From an uncultured bacterium (GTDB lineage Bacteria; Armatimonadota; Abditibacteriia; Abditibacteriales; Abditibacteriaceae), in the NCBI GenBank assembly GCA_963843795.1, contig CAWJLW010000006.1, positions 3,546,375 to 3,610,374 of the forward strand: DNA of 64,000 nucleotides, read 5' to 3'. The notes beneath the pieces were generated by a model, which saw nothing but the letters and a program-made list of their open reading frames with translations, had not been told where the DNA came from and searched no databases. The position numbers were made by a program, and so were the translations under genes. Below, in pieces: positions 21,698-31,545 of the stretch. How positions within the stretch are numbered: position 1 is the first letter of the stretch; every line of letters begins with the position of its first letter.

Positions 21698-23041
21698 ATG
21701 CGCTACATGAGTTTGTTTCTTGGCCAGTTTTTTGGCCTGTTTCTCGTCTTCTTTTGCGCTCAGGTGCGCGCTGCTCCCTTTCACGCTCCGTTGTATTGGA
21801 CGCCATACGAATACAACTTCACCACCGATGGTTACATTCCCGAAGACCAATGGGCGGCCAACATTGACTGGGTGGAGAAGAATTTGAAGCCCTACGGTTA
21901 CAAAATGGTTTGCATTGATGGCTGGGGAGATGACGGCACCTTTAATAAGAACGGCTACCGCACCACTCATTCGGACAAGTGGCAGCACAATTACGCGTGG
22001 TGGTCGGCCAACTTGCAGGCGCGCGGCATGAGTTTGGGGATTTACAACAACCCGCTGTGGATTATCAAAAGGGCCGCGGATGCCGGTGTCAAAATTAAAG
22101 GAACAAACCTTCCCTTGTCCAGCATTATGGACGAGGGCGAAAACGCACGCTGGTTCAAGTGGGTGCAGGTCGATCGTCCCGGTGCCGAGCAGTATGTGAA
22201 GGGCTACGTTCAATTTTATGCCGATATGGGCGTCAAGTACTTGCGAGTTGATTTTTTGTCGTGGTTTGAAACCGGCACCGACCGCAATCTGGGCACAGTC
22301 GGCCCGCGCCGAACGCGTCTGCAGTATGAAACCGCACTGCGCTGGATGCGCGAGGCATGCGACCAAAACGGAATCTTGTTGAGTTTAGTGATGCCCAACC
22401 TCAACGAGGAAGCCGCGCTGGAAAAAACCTATGGCCACATGATTCGCATCAATGAAGATGCCGATGTGGGTGGCTGGCAGCGATGGAGCGACAATGGGCG
22501 CGGCGTGCGGCGTGCGGGCTGGTCGCAATACGCTAATGCCTTCGATGGCCTGATTTATTGGTCGTATCTCGCGGGGCGCGGGCAACTGATTCTTGACCCC
22601 GATTTCCTGCGCCTTAATACCTTCGCCAACGATGAGGAGCGTAAAAGCGTTGTTTCGCTGTGTTTGATGGCGGGCGCGCCGGTGGCGGTCGCCGATCAAT
22701 ACAACACCCTCGGCGAGAGCGTGTGGATTTACCAGAACCGGGAACTGCTGGCTTTGAACGCCGATGGGTTCGTGGGCAAGCCGTTCGCCAACGATCCAAT
22801 GCGCCAGGAAAGCCAGATATGGAAGGGGCAGATGTCGAATGGCGATTGGATTGTGGGTTTGTTCAATCGTGAAAACGAGCCACAAATCCGCCACATCGAC
22901 TTCGCCACTTTAGGTCTGGAACGCGCTGCTGTGCGCGATTTGTGGGAGCACAAAGAATTGGGATTGATGAGCGCTTATCGCGCCCAAATTCCCGCGCACG
23001 GTTGCACGATTATTAGAATTTCGCAGAACAAGCCTGCTTAA
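21698..23041 (+). CDS. Secreted glycoside hydrolase, GH27-like (isomalto-dextranase-like)
   Basis: Signal peptide; PLYWTPYE, IDGW, YLRVDFLSW, IRINED, C-terminal VRDLW...IPAHG beta-sandwich. Confidence 0.75.
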   Translation: MRYMSLFLGQFFGLFLVFFCAQVRAAPFHAPLYWTPYEYNFTTDGYIPEDQWAANIDWVEKNLKPYGYKMVCIDGWGDDGTFNKNGYRTTHSDKWQHNYAWWSANLQARGMSLGIYNNPLWIIKRAADAGVKIKGTNLPLSSIMDEGENARWFKWVQVDRPGAEQYVKGYVQFYADMGVKYLRVDFLSWFETGTDRNLGTVGPRRTRLQYETALRWMREACDQNGILLSLVMPNLNEEAALEKTYGHMIRINEDADVGGWQRWSDNGRGVRRAGWSQYANAFDGLIYWSYLAGRGQLILDPDFLRLNTFANDEERKSVVSLCLMAGAPVAVADQYNTLGESVWIYQNRELLALNADGFVGKPFANDPMRQESQIWKGQMSNGDWIVGLFNRENEPQIRHIDFATLGLERAAVRDLWEHKELGLMSAYRAQIPAHGCTIIRISQNKPA

Positions 23042-23231
23042 GTGGCCGATTTTATGGTGTGAATAGCCAGCGACTTCTGCTTTTCAACTGCCAATCGCCT
23101 CGCAAATACTTCGCAAGTACCTGCGAAGTACTTGCGAGGCGATTGGTCTGATAACGCAAGGCAACTTGTCTTAGCCGGTTAAATGCGCGAAGATTAAGAT
23201 TGATTTAACGCGCGCGACAGGAAGAAAAGTT

Positions 23232-24047
23232 ATGTTTTTGCGAGGCAAAGAAGCGGCTCGTCTGGAGCAGATTCCAGACAATTTGATGACCAAATGTCCC
23301 AAATGCGAGACTTCGCTGGTCACGCGCGATTGGGAGCGCGACTTCAAAGTGTGTTCGCGCTGCGGGCATCATTCGCGTTTGAGTGCGCCCGAACGTATCG
23401 CGCTCTTGACCGATATGTATTCGTTTCAAGAATGGGACAGCGATTTGTCGCCCGCCGACCCGCTGCAATTTCCCGATTATCCCGCAAAGCGCGCCAAGGC
23501 TCAGGCCTCGACTGGCCTCAAGGATTCGATGCTTTCGGGTCAGGCCAAGCTCGATGAGCGCGACATCGCGATTGCCGCCAGCGATTTCCGGTTCATGGGC
23601 GGCTCGATGAACAGCGTTTTCGGTGAAAAAGTAACGCGCTTACTGGAACGCGCGCGCGACCAAAAGCGCCCCGCGGTAATCTGCATTTCAACTGGCGGCG
23701 CGCGCATGCAGGAAGGGTTGATGTCGCTGATGCAAATGGCCAAAACTTCCGCTGCTGTAGCGCGCTTAAATGCCGCCAACGTGCCGTATGTGGTGATTTT
23801 GACCGATCCTTCAACGGCGGGCGTGCAGGCGAGCTTTGCTTCTTTGGGCGATGTGACGCTGGCCGAGCCGGGGGCGCTGATTGGTTTCACCGGTGCGCGC
23901 GTGATCGAACAAAATTTGCGCATCAAGCTGCCCAAAGGCTTTCAGTCGGCTGAGTTCCAAAAAGAACACGGCCAAATCGACGACATCGTGCCGCGCGCCA
24001 AACTCAAAGACACGCTGGCGCAACTGTTCAATTTATTGCTGGATTAG
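23232..24047 (+). CDS. accD: Acetyl-CoA carboxylase carboxyltransferase beta
   Basis: Zn finger CPKC/CSRC, FMGGSM, GGARMQEG, LIGFTGARVI. Confidence 0.96.
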   Translation: MFLRGKEAARLEQIPDNLMTKCPKCETSLVTRDWERDFKVCSRCGHHSRLSAPERIALLTDMYSFQEWDSDLSPADPLQFPDYPAKRAKAQASTGLKDSMLSGQAKLDERDIAIAASDFRFMGGSMNSVFGEKVTRLLERARDQKRPAVICISTGGARMQEGLMSLMQMAKTSAAVARLNAANVPYVVILTDPSTAGVQASFASLGDVTLAEPGALIGFTGARVIEQNLRIKLPKGFQSAEFQKEHGQIDDIVPRAKLKDTLAQLFNLLLD

Positions 24048-24168
24048 CCGCGGAAAGGAAGAGAGAAGCGGCCCCATCCCGCTGCAGGTAGCTGTGTAGC
24101 TACAGCTACCTGCAAGTACTTGCGGCCATCTTTTCTCTTGTGCCTCCGCTCTGTCCTTTTTTCAGATT

Positions 24169-25350
24169 ATGTTATCTCGATGGCTTCCCTTTGAAGAACC
24201 TTTGGTGGAGATCGAAGAACAGATCGAGGAACTCAAGCGTCTCGCGGCGCAGGAGCATCTCGACTTGACCGATAAAATCACCCGACTCGAAGAACACAAG
24301 CACTCCGTCATGGAGCAGGTTTACAGCGATCTCACGCCGTGGCAGAAAGTGCAGATGGCTCGTCATCCCAAGCGCCCCTACACGCTCGATTACCTCGGCG
24401 CGTTGTGTTCGCAATGGTTTGAAATGCACGGCGACCGCGCTTTCGCTGACGATGGCGCGATCGTCGCTGGCTTAGGTCGTCTCGCGTCGAAATTTGGTGG
24501 CCAAGCCGTCACGATTGTCGGCAACCAGAAAGGGCGCGACACCAAGGAACGTCAGGAGCGCAATTTCGGCCAGCCCTCGCCCGAAGGTTTTCGCAAGGGC
24601 GAACGCGCGATGCAATTGGGCGCGCGCTTCAATCGCCCGATTATTTCTTTCATCGACACACCGGGCGCGGCCTGCACGCCCGAAGCCGAAGAGCGCGGTA
24701 TCTCGGAAGCTATCGCCCATTCGCAGTGGTTGATGAGCCAGCTGCCAGTCCCGATTATCGTGGTTATCATCGGCGAAGGTTGCAGCGGCGGCGCGATTGC
24801 CACCGCCTTGGGTGACCGTGTTTTGATGTTGGAACATTCGTATTATTCGGTGATTTCGCCCGAAGGCTGTGCTTCGATTTTGTATCGCGACCCATCCGAA
24901 GAAAATCGCATTCGCGCCACTAATGATTTGAAAATCACCGCGCAAGACGCCTTGCGTTTGGGCGTCATCGAAGAAATCATTCCCGAACCGCTGGGCGGCG
25001 CACATCGCAATCTGGGCGCGACCGCGCAGGCCATTGGCGAAGCCATCGCGCGCTATCTGGAAGAACTCAACCAATTATCGGTGGAAGAATTGCTCGAACA
25101 GCGCTACCAGCGTTTTCGCAAACTGGGCGAATTTGAAGGCAACGCGCCGCCAAACAACATTGCGGAAAACGAAGTCGAAGCCGCGCACGCCACCCAGCAC
25201 GGCCAACTGCCAAGCGATGTAAACCTGCACGAATTGTTGGAACAGGACGCGCCTTTGAACGGCGACGCCCATTTGAATGGCGCCGCCAAAAGCGATTTCG
25301 TAGCCGAAGAAGCCGCCGGCGAAAACGAAGAGAATTCGCCGAAGACGTGA
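24169..25350 (+). CDS. accA: Acetyl-CoA carboxylase carboxyltransferase alpha with acidic tail
   Basis: ARHPKRP, HGDR, QKGRDTKE, IDTPGA, YSVISPEGCASIL, EPLGGAH. Confidence 0.95.
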   Translation: MLSRWLPFEEPLVEIEEQIEELKRLAAQEHLDLTDKITRLEEHKHSVMEQVYSDLTPWQKVQMARHPKRPYTLDYLGALCSQWFEMHGDRAFADDGAIVAGLGRLASKFGGQAVTIVGNQKGRDTKERQERNFGQPSPEGFRKGERAMQLGARFNRPIISFIDTPGAACTPEAEERGISEAIAHSQWLMSQLPVPIIVVIIGEGCSGGAIATALGDRVLMLEHSYYSVISPEGCASILYRDPSEENRIRATNDLKITAQDALRLGVIEEIIPEPLGGAHRNLGATAQAIGEAIARYLEELNQLSVEELLEQRYQRFRKLGEFEGNAPPNNIAENEVEAAHATQHGQLPSDVNLHELLEQDAPLNGDAHLNGAAKSDFVAEEAAGENEENSPKT

Positions 25351-25428
25351 AGCAACGCTGCCAGTACTGGCAGCGAGATACTGGCAGCGAGAAATCTCCC
25401 CATACAACCTCCGCAAATTGAAGTTTGC

Positions 25429-25503
25429 GGGCGGCCGTCTCAGGGGTGGTGAGAAGCATTCATAGCCATTGCGTCAAGGCGGGTTCGATTCCCGCGCCGC
25501 TTA
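25429..25503 (+). ncRNA. tRNA-shaped element / degenerate tRNA
   Basis: Manual cloverleaf: acceptor GGGCGGC/GCCGCTT, D stem TCTC/GAGA, anticodon stem GCATT/ATTGC (one T-T), T arm GCGGG-TTCGATT-CCCGC; non-canonical C8 and anticodon loop. Confidence 0.55.
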
Positions 25504-25516
25504 TTCTAAAAACTCC

Positions 25517-25554
25517 AAAAGCGCTCCTGCAAGTACTTGCAGGAGCGCTTTTTT
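25517..25554. terminator. Perfect 36-bp palindrome with A/T tails (bidirectional terminator-like)
   Basis: aaaagcgctcctgcaagtacttgcaggagcgctttt. Confidence 0.75.
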
Positions 25555-25601
25555 ATTGGATTTCGTTTCGGCACGATTATCGCGAAAGCGGGCGTTCTCC
25601 C

Positions 25602-26432
25602 ATGAATACTTCCCGTGTAAAAGAAAAGGCCAAAAAGAATGCGCGGCCTTGGATCGAGAATTTGGCGCGCTGCGGCTACGCCGCCAAAGGTTTGGTTTAC
25701 GGCATCATCGGCATTTTGGCGCTGCAATCGGCGCTGGGCGCGGGCGGGCAAACGACCGATACCAAGGGCGCACTTTTCACGGTCGCACAACAATCGTGGG
25801 GCCGCAGCTTGCTGGGAGTGCTGGGAATTGGCTTATTCGGTTACGCCTTGTGGCGTATCGTGATGGGAATCTGGGATTCCGAGGGCAAGGGCAAGGATCT
25901 CAAGGGCATCGGCTCGCGCATCGGTTACGCTTTGAGTGGCTTCACTTACGGAGGTTTGGCCCTCACTGCGTTTCAGCTCGTCGCGGGCGCGCAAAGTAAG
26001 CAAAGCGGCCACTCGATGCGCTACGATTGGACGGCGCGCGCTCTGGCCCAACCACTGGGCCGCTGGATAATTGTCGCGGTCGGCCTGATCGTCATCGGCA
26101 TCGCGATCAGCGCGTTGCATAAAGCGTATTCGGCCAAATTCCGCGAACATCTCAAAAGCGCTACAATGAGCGCGACCGAAATGACGTGGGTCACGCGCGC
26201 CGGTCGCGCCGGTTACAGCGCGCGCGGCATCGTGTTCCTGCTCATCGGCTGGTTCTTCATCCGCGCCGCCCAACAATCCGACGCCAAAGAAACCGGCGGC
26301 TTAGACCAGGCACTCACCACTTTGGCCCACCAGCCCTACGGCCCCTGGCTGCTCGGAATTGTTGCCCTTGGCCTCATCGCCTACGGATTATACGGCTGGT
26401 GCGAAGCGTTTTATCGCCGCGTCGATGCCTGA
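25602..26432 (+). CDS. DUF1206 family membrane protein
   Basis: ARCGYAAKGLVY, GLDQAL, PYGPWLLG; repeated TM units. Confidence 0.85.
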   Translation: MNTSRVKEKAKKNARPWIENLARCGYAAKGLVYGIIGILALQSALGAGGQTTDTKGALFTVAQQSWGRSLLGVLGIGLFGYALWRIVMGIWDSEGKGKDLKGIGSRIGYALSGFTYGGLALTAFQLVAGAQSKQSGHSMRYDWTARALAQPLGRWIIVAVGLIVIGIAISALHKAYSAKFREHLKSATMSATEMTWVTRAGRAGYSARGIVFLLIGWFFIRAAQQSDAKETGGLDQALTTLAHQPYGPWLLGIVALGLIAYGLYGWCEAFYRRVDA

Positions 26433-26453
26433 AAATATCAGAATTTCAAACGC

Positions 26454-26487
26454 AAAAAGCCGCTGCAAGTACTTGCAGCGGCTTTTT
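26454..26487. terminator. Perfect 34-bp palindrome between convergent DUF1206 gene and tRNA-Leu
   Basis: aaaaagccgctgcaagtacttgcagcggcttttt. Confidence 0.8.
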
Positions 26488-26492
26488 CGGGA

Positions 26493-26576
26493 TGCCTCCG
26501 GTCGGGGTCGAACCGACACTCTGTTACCAGAACTGGATTTTGAGTCCAGCGCGTCTGCCAATTCCGCCACAGAGGC
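26493..26576 (-). tRNA. tRNA-Leu (CAA), CCA not encoded
   Basis: Reverse complement GCCTCTGTGGCGGAATTGGCAGACGCGCTGGACTCAAAATCCAGTTCTGGTAACAGAGTGTCGGTTCGACCCCGACCGGAGGCA; long variable arm. Confidence 0.97.
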
Positions 26577-26595
26577 TTCGTTACAGCGACACATT

Positions 26596-26624
26596 ATTTT
26601 AAACAAGTTTAGCGCACAGGTCAA
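26596..26624 (-). promoter_or_regulatory. Sigma70-type promoter for tRNA-Leu
   Basis: TTGACC-N17-TAAAAT on minus strand ~20 nt upstream of the tRNA. Confidence 0.65.
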
Positions 26625-26652
26625 GTCCTTCGAGAATTTCGTGCAGGCTAAT

Positions 26653-27633
26653 TTACGAAATTTTGCGTTTACGGCGATTTTTCAGCACGTTGAGCGCATT
26701 GCGTTTCATGCCGCGTTTTTTGGGGCGTTTGAGCGGGCTTTTGCTCAGGCGGCGCGAAAATTCGCTTTGGGCAAGCATGAGCCATTCGAGCAAATCGGGA
26801 AATTCATCGCGTTGCCACAATTCGTTTTCGCTCGCGTAAGCCTCGGGGTTGTGCGCGCTTTTGGCGTTCCAGGGGCACACTTGCTGGCACACATCGCAGC
26901 CGAAAACCCAATCGCCCATCAACTTTCGCAGCGGTTCGGGCACGCGTTCGCGGTTTTCGATGGTGTGATACGAAATGCATTTGTTGGCATTCAGCACACC
27001 GGGCGCTTCAAAGGCCTGCGTCGGGCAGGCGTCGAGGCAGCGAGTGCAACTGCCGCAAAATTGCGCGACGTGCGGCGCGTCGATTGGCAATTCGATGTCC
27101 AGAAGAATTTCGCCGATCAGAAAATACGAACCCAATTCGCGCGACATCAAAAGCGTGTTTTTGCCGATCCAGCCCAAACCCGCGCGGCGCGCCAGATCGC
27201 GCTCTAAAAGCGGGCCGGTATCGACGTAAACGCGGCCATTACACGGCGTGAATGCTTGAATTGTGGCCAGCAGTTCGCGCAGGCGCTGGGGCATGAATTC
27301 GTGGTAATCGGTTCCTCGCGCATAACGCGCGACCTGGCCGTATTTTTCCGCGTCCCAGTTTTCGCTGTCGGGCGTGCGGTAATGCATTGCGACGCAAACC
27401 ACGCTCTTGGCTCCGGCAAGTACTTGCGACAAATCGCCACGCTTTTCCACTGCATCGGGCCGCGCCATCCAGCGCATATCGGCGTGATAATCGTGTTCGA
27501 GCCAATCGACATAACGCGCGTGCGAAGCCGGCGCACCCGCATCGGTGACGCCGCACGCCGCGAAACCCAGTTCAGCCGCGCGCGCCTTGATGCGCGCCTT
27601 GAGTTGCTCGCCGTCGAATACGAAATCGGTCAT
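26653..27633 (-). CDS. queG: Epoxyqueuosine reductase
   Basis: ARYARGTDYH, VDTGPLLER, GLGWIGKN, CGSCTRCLDACPT, FGCDVCQQVCPWN; start placed at MTDFVFDG. Confidence 0.95.
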   Translation of the reverse strand: MTDFVFDGEQLKARIKARAAELGFAACGVTDAGAPASHARYVDWLEHDYHADMRWMARPDAVEKRGDLSQVLAGAKSVVCVAMHYRTPDSENWDAEKYGQVARYARGTDYHEFMPQRLRELLATIQAFTPCNGRVYVDTGPLLERDLARRAGLGWIGKNTLLMSRELGSYFLIGEILLDIELPIDAPHVAQFCGSCTRCLDACPTQAFEAPGVLNANKCISYHTIENRERVPEPLRKLMGDWVFGCDVCQQVCPWNAKSAHNPEAYASENELWQRDEFPDLLEWLMLAQSEFSRRLSKSPLKRPKKRGMKRNALNVLKNRRKRKIS

Positions 27634-27784
27634 GATGAGAAGGTAATGAGAAGACAAACGAAAACCGCGCCCGCGAAGTTGCGCGGGCGCGGCGGAAATC
27701 GTGCGATTTGCTGGTGCAAGTACTTGCAGGACGTTTGGAAATTGCAGGGCGGGCACAAGACCCGCTCCTACGATTTCGGCAAAA

Positions 27785-29738
27785 TTACTCACTGGGCGTT
27801 TCGGTGTTTTCGACTTTGGCTGCGGCTTTCTTCGCCGGACTGCGCCTACGACGCTTGGGTTTGGGCGCTTCTTCTGCGACTTGGTTTTCCGCAGCCGCGC
27901 TTTCAACAGTCGGGTTTTCGAGGTTCGCGTTGCCAGAGCCCGCGTTGCCCGAGCCCGCGTTGAGATCGCTGGCATCTTTGGCGGCAGTTTCCCCTGCGTT
28001 CTCGGCTTCCGCGTTTTTGGCGGCTTGGGCTTCGGCTTTTTTCGTCGCGGATGTTTTGCGGCGGCTGCGCGTTTTTTTCTTCGGCGCTTCGTTTTCGCCT
28101 TCAACGCTTTCGGCTGTGGTCGCGCCCTGGTCGGGTGTGCTTTGGTCAACCGTGCTTTGGTCAGTCGTGCTTTGGTCAGGTGCGCTTTGGCTGGTTGTCC
28201 TTTGGCTGGGAGCGGTTGCTATTTCGGCTGCTCCGTTGGTCGTTTCCTCAGCAGTTTTGACTTCGGTGCCTTCCTGTTCCTGCGCAGCGGCTTCGGCGTT
28301 TTCGGCGGCTTTGCGCTTGCGTCCGCCGCGCGTTGAGCGCTTGCGGGCGGGCTTCTTGTCTTCTTCACCGGTCTGGGAAGTTGGTTTCGACGGACGCAGT
28401 TTCGCCACTGATTTCAGTTGCGGTGACAGCCGGTTGGGTCGCGACGGTTTCGGGCGTCGCGCTTGCAGGCGTCGCGCTTGCGGACGTTGCGCTTGCGGAC
28501 GTTGCGCTTGCGGGCGTCGCTGTTGGGATGCTGCTGGTCGCGGTTTCCTCGACGGACGCGACTTCGATTGCGGCATTTTCGTCAGTATTTTGCGTTGGAA
28601 GCGGGCGATTGACTAGGGTGCGACCTTCGCGGGCAGAATAGCGCAAACGACCGCGACGCAAGGGCACGCGGCCCAGCATCGAATTCGGGTCGTTCCACTG
28701 GCTTTTTGCGGCTTCGTTTTCGCCGCTGCCTTCCACTTTCGGCGCGTTGGTCTGGGCTTCAATGGCGGGCGTGGCTTCAGGTGTCGGTTTTTCGTCTTTG
28801 CGATCATCGCTATGCCGTGTGCGCTTGTTGCGATCTTCACCATGACGATTCGCATTGCGGTTATCAGTGCTGCGATTGTCCGAACCACGGTTATCGCGCG
28901 CCGCGATTTCGCGCGTTTCGCGGGCGGACGCTTCGCGAGTCGTTGCTTCGCGAGTCGGTGCTTCGACGTTGCGAATCTCGGTGGCACCATCGCCGCTCAG
29001 CAGCACAATCGATTCGCCGGCCATGCCATGACGCGGATTCAGGGTAACGATTCCGGCGCGCGCGGCGCGATCCAAAAACTGCTTGAACTGATGACAGCCA
29101 AAATTGCGCTCGGAAAATGCCGGGTTCAATTGCACCATCATTTGTTTCACGGTCGAGGAACGCACTTCGATGTCGCGTTCTTGCAACGTGTCGATGGTGC
29201 GGTGCAGCAGTTGATAAGCGCCTTCAATTGTCGTTACATCTTCTTCGGCGCCGACGCTTTCGGCCAGCAAGTTCTCGTAGGCGAGATATTCGTTGCAGTT
29301 GCGGCGCACCAGTTCGCTGGTGAAACGATGGCCTGCGATGACGATGACCATTTTATCGCGACTTTGCAAGCGTTTGATGAGCGGCAGAAAATCGCTGTCG
29401 CCCGAAACGATGCAAAAGGTGTCGATGTGGGTCTGGGTGATGGCGACCTCGAACGCGTCGAGGGCCATGTGCATATCGGCGGAGTTTTTAATGATGGGGC
29501 CAAAAACCGGCGTTTCGATCAAGTCGATGCCGTTTTCCATCAGGCGGCGGCGGTGCCGATTGTGGCGATACCAGTCGCCATAAGCGCGGCCCATCACAAT
29601 GAGACCGCGTTCGCGCAGCGCGTTGACGACGATTTCGACGTCGAAGCCGGGGTCTTCGATACCGAGAATCACGTTGTCGAAATCGATTAAGAGCGCGATT
29701 TTCTGGCGCGTGATGCCGTTAAATGAATTGGAATCCAA
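27785..29738 (-). CDS. NYN (LabA/DUF88) ribonuclease + OST-HTH/LOTUS domain with long disordered tail; frameshift near 28387
   Basis: IDFDN, KNSAD, SGDSDFLPL; PAFSERNFGCHQFKQFL; tail continues in the 27785..28576 frame. Confidence 0.85.
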
Positions 29739-30404
29739 AGTTCTATCCTGTCAATCCGTTAATCCGAAAAGGAAGGCGCCGGGCAGAAAATTCTCTGGCA
29801 TCAATCAGCATGGGAAAGCTCCTCGAATTGAAAATTGCGCTCTACGTCGAAACTTGAAGGTGTAGAAACCTGTCGCTTCAAAGTTTGAGGCTGAAATTTT
29901 CCATTGTGCGCGCACCGCCCTTATTATCGTCCAAACAGGAGAGTCGATCTGAAAAAGACACTATAAAGACAATAAACCTTGCGCGTGCGACACCAGAAAT
30001 TTTGCTCGCGGCCAGAACAGAAAAACTGCCAAAAGCCTCGCTGCAAGCCTTGAAAATGTTGTCACGCCGTGTGAAAGCGGCGGAGCGGTTGTGGTGTCGA
30101 ACGCGCATCGTGGGATGCGCTGCGGAGCCGAATGCCGGGGCGAAAAGTTCTCATTTTTCGTTGCATCGTTCGCCCCTGCCGTAATTTTTGCGTTCGCTGG
30201 CAATTTCACCAGCGGCGTCGTTCCAAAACGTCTTGCCAAGTGTAGCACAAGAAGGCAGCGGTCAAATAAATCACCCGTCTAAATCACCCGTCCCGCACCA
30301 TAGGCCAGCCGTTGAGTGCTGCGCAAAAGCCACGTTGGCGTGTTGTCGCGCTGAAAAATGACAGCATCCGAAGTTTGTTGGTAAAAATAAAGAGCTTGTA
30401 GTGT

Positions 30405-30485
30405 GAGCGATAACGGTATGAACGATAACGGTATGAACGATAACGGTATGAGCGATAACGGTAGGAGCGATAACGGTGTGGGCGA
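30405..30485. repeat. Intergenic tandem repeat, ~5.4 x 15 bp (garcgataacggtat)
   Basis: Adjacent units without spacers, just upstream of the GGDEF gene. Confidence 0.92.
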
Positions 30486-30549
30486 CAAATTGCACACGCT
30501 ATAGCTTTGCGCTATCGGCGCACGTCGGACAGTGCACTAAAACTTAATT

Positions 30550-31422
30550 ATGAGAGATCATCAACAATCGGGCTGGTTGAAATTCTTAGAAGCGCAAAAT
30601 CACACTCGTCTTTTGCTTTTTAGCTACATCTATACACTGTTTGTGGGCTATATCAGCGATATCCTCGGCTACGAAATTTCGCTCACTATTTTCTACCTAC
30701 CACCAATTTATATTGTGTCTTACTTTGTCGGTCGCACGCGCGCCCTGTGGCTGGCTTTGTTTGCAGGCGCGATGTGGATGGCCGCCGACATAGGTTCGGG
30801 GCACGTTTACAGTTCCGCTTATTTGCCTTACTGGAATGCTGGCACGCGGCTGGTGTTATTCGTGGTGGTGGCGCTTTTGTTTGCGGCGTTGCGCGCTTCG
30901 TTCGAGCACGAAAAGCTGCTGGCGCGCCGCGATTTCCTCACCGGCGCGTCCAACGCGCGCGCCTTTTACGAAATGGCCGAGATGGAAATTACGCGCCTGC
31001 GCCGTTATCGTCATCCTTTCACCATCGTGCATTTGGATGTCGATAATTTCAAAACGGTCAACGACACGCGGGGCCATCAGGCCGGTGACGATTTGTTGTG
31101 TTTGATCGTGCAAACCGTGCGCGCGAGCTTGCGCGACATCGATATCGTGGCGCGCCTGGGCGGCGACGAGTTCGCCCTACTGCTGCCCGAAACCGGCGCT
31201 GAGGCCGCACCGATTGTCGTGCAAAAAATTAAAGCGCATCTCATGTCAGAAATGTGCCGAGGCGCGTGGCCAGTGTCTTTCAGCATTGGCGTTCTGGTTT
31301 GCCAGGAAGCTCCCGAATCGATGGATAAGATGCTTAAGTTGGCCGATGATCTTACCTACGAGGCCAAACGCGCTGGTAAAAATACCGTTAAATATGGCGT
31401 TGTGCCAGTTCCTCAGAATTAA
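30550..31422 (+). CDS. Membrane-bound diguanylate cyclase
   Basis: N-terminal TMs; DFLTG, DVDNFKTVND, GHQAGD, RLGGDEF. Confidence 0.93.
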   Translation: MRDHQQSGWLKFLEAQNHTRLLLFSYIYTLFVGYISDILGYEISLTIFYLPPIYIVSYFVGRTRALWLALFAGAMWMAADIGSGHVYSSAYLPYWNAGTRLVLFVVVALLFAALRASFEHEKLLARRDFLTGASNARAFYEMAEMEITRLRRYRHPFTIVHLDVDNFKTVNDTRGHQAGDDLLCLIVQTVRASLRDIDIVARLGGDEFALLLPETGAEAAPIVVQKIKAHLMSEMCRGAWPVSFSIGVLVCQEAPESMDKMLKLADDLTYEAKRAGKNTVKYGVVPVPQN

Positions 31423-31545
31423 GCGGCGCTGCAAGTACTTGCCAAGTGCTTAGCAAGTGCTTGGCAAGTCGTCGCGCAAGTACTTGCAGGGGGCAAACCT
31501 ACTGCGAAATCGGCACTTAGCGAGCGGAACGTTAAAATAAAGCCA

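Noticed and set aside
25429..25503. tmRNA 3' end or functional tRNA-Met/Leu
   Set aside because: No tmRNA 5' end, tag ORF or CCA; placing CAT as anticodon destroys the stem, and the TAG placement lacks U33 and purine 37
26493..26576. tRNA-Leu as integration site of an island
   Set aside because: No integrase nearby and I saw no duplicated tRNA 3' end; the element at 25429 is on the other strand and not similar in sequence
27634..28149. Basic N-terminal extension of QueG
   Set aside because: It is an alternative frame of the NYN gene tail plus the spacer; QueG homology begins at 27633
30405..30485. Possible CRISPR array (also 16701-16754 and 47018-47071)
   Set aside because: Units are 15-18 bp, directly adjacent, with no unique spacers and no cas genes
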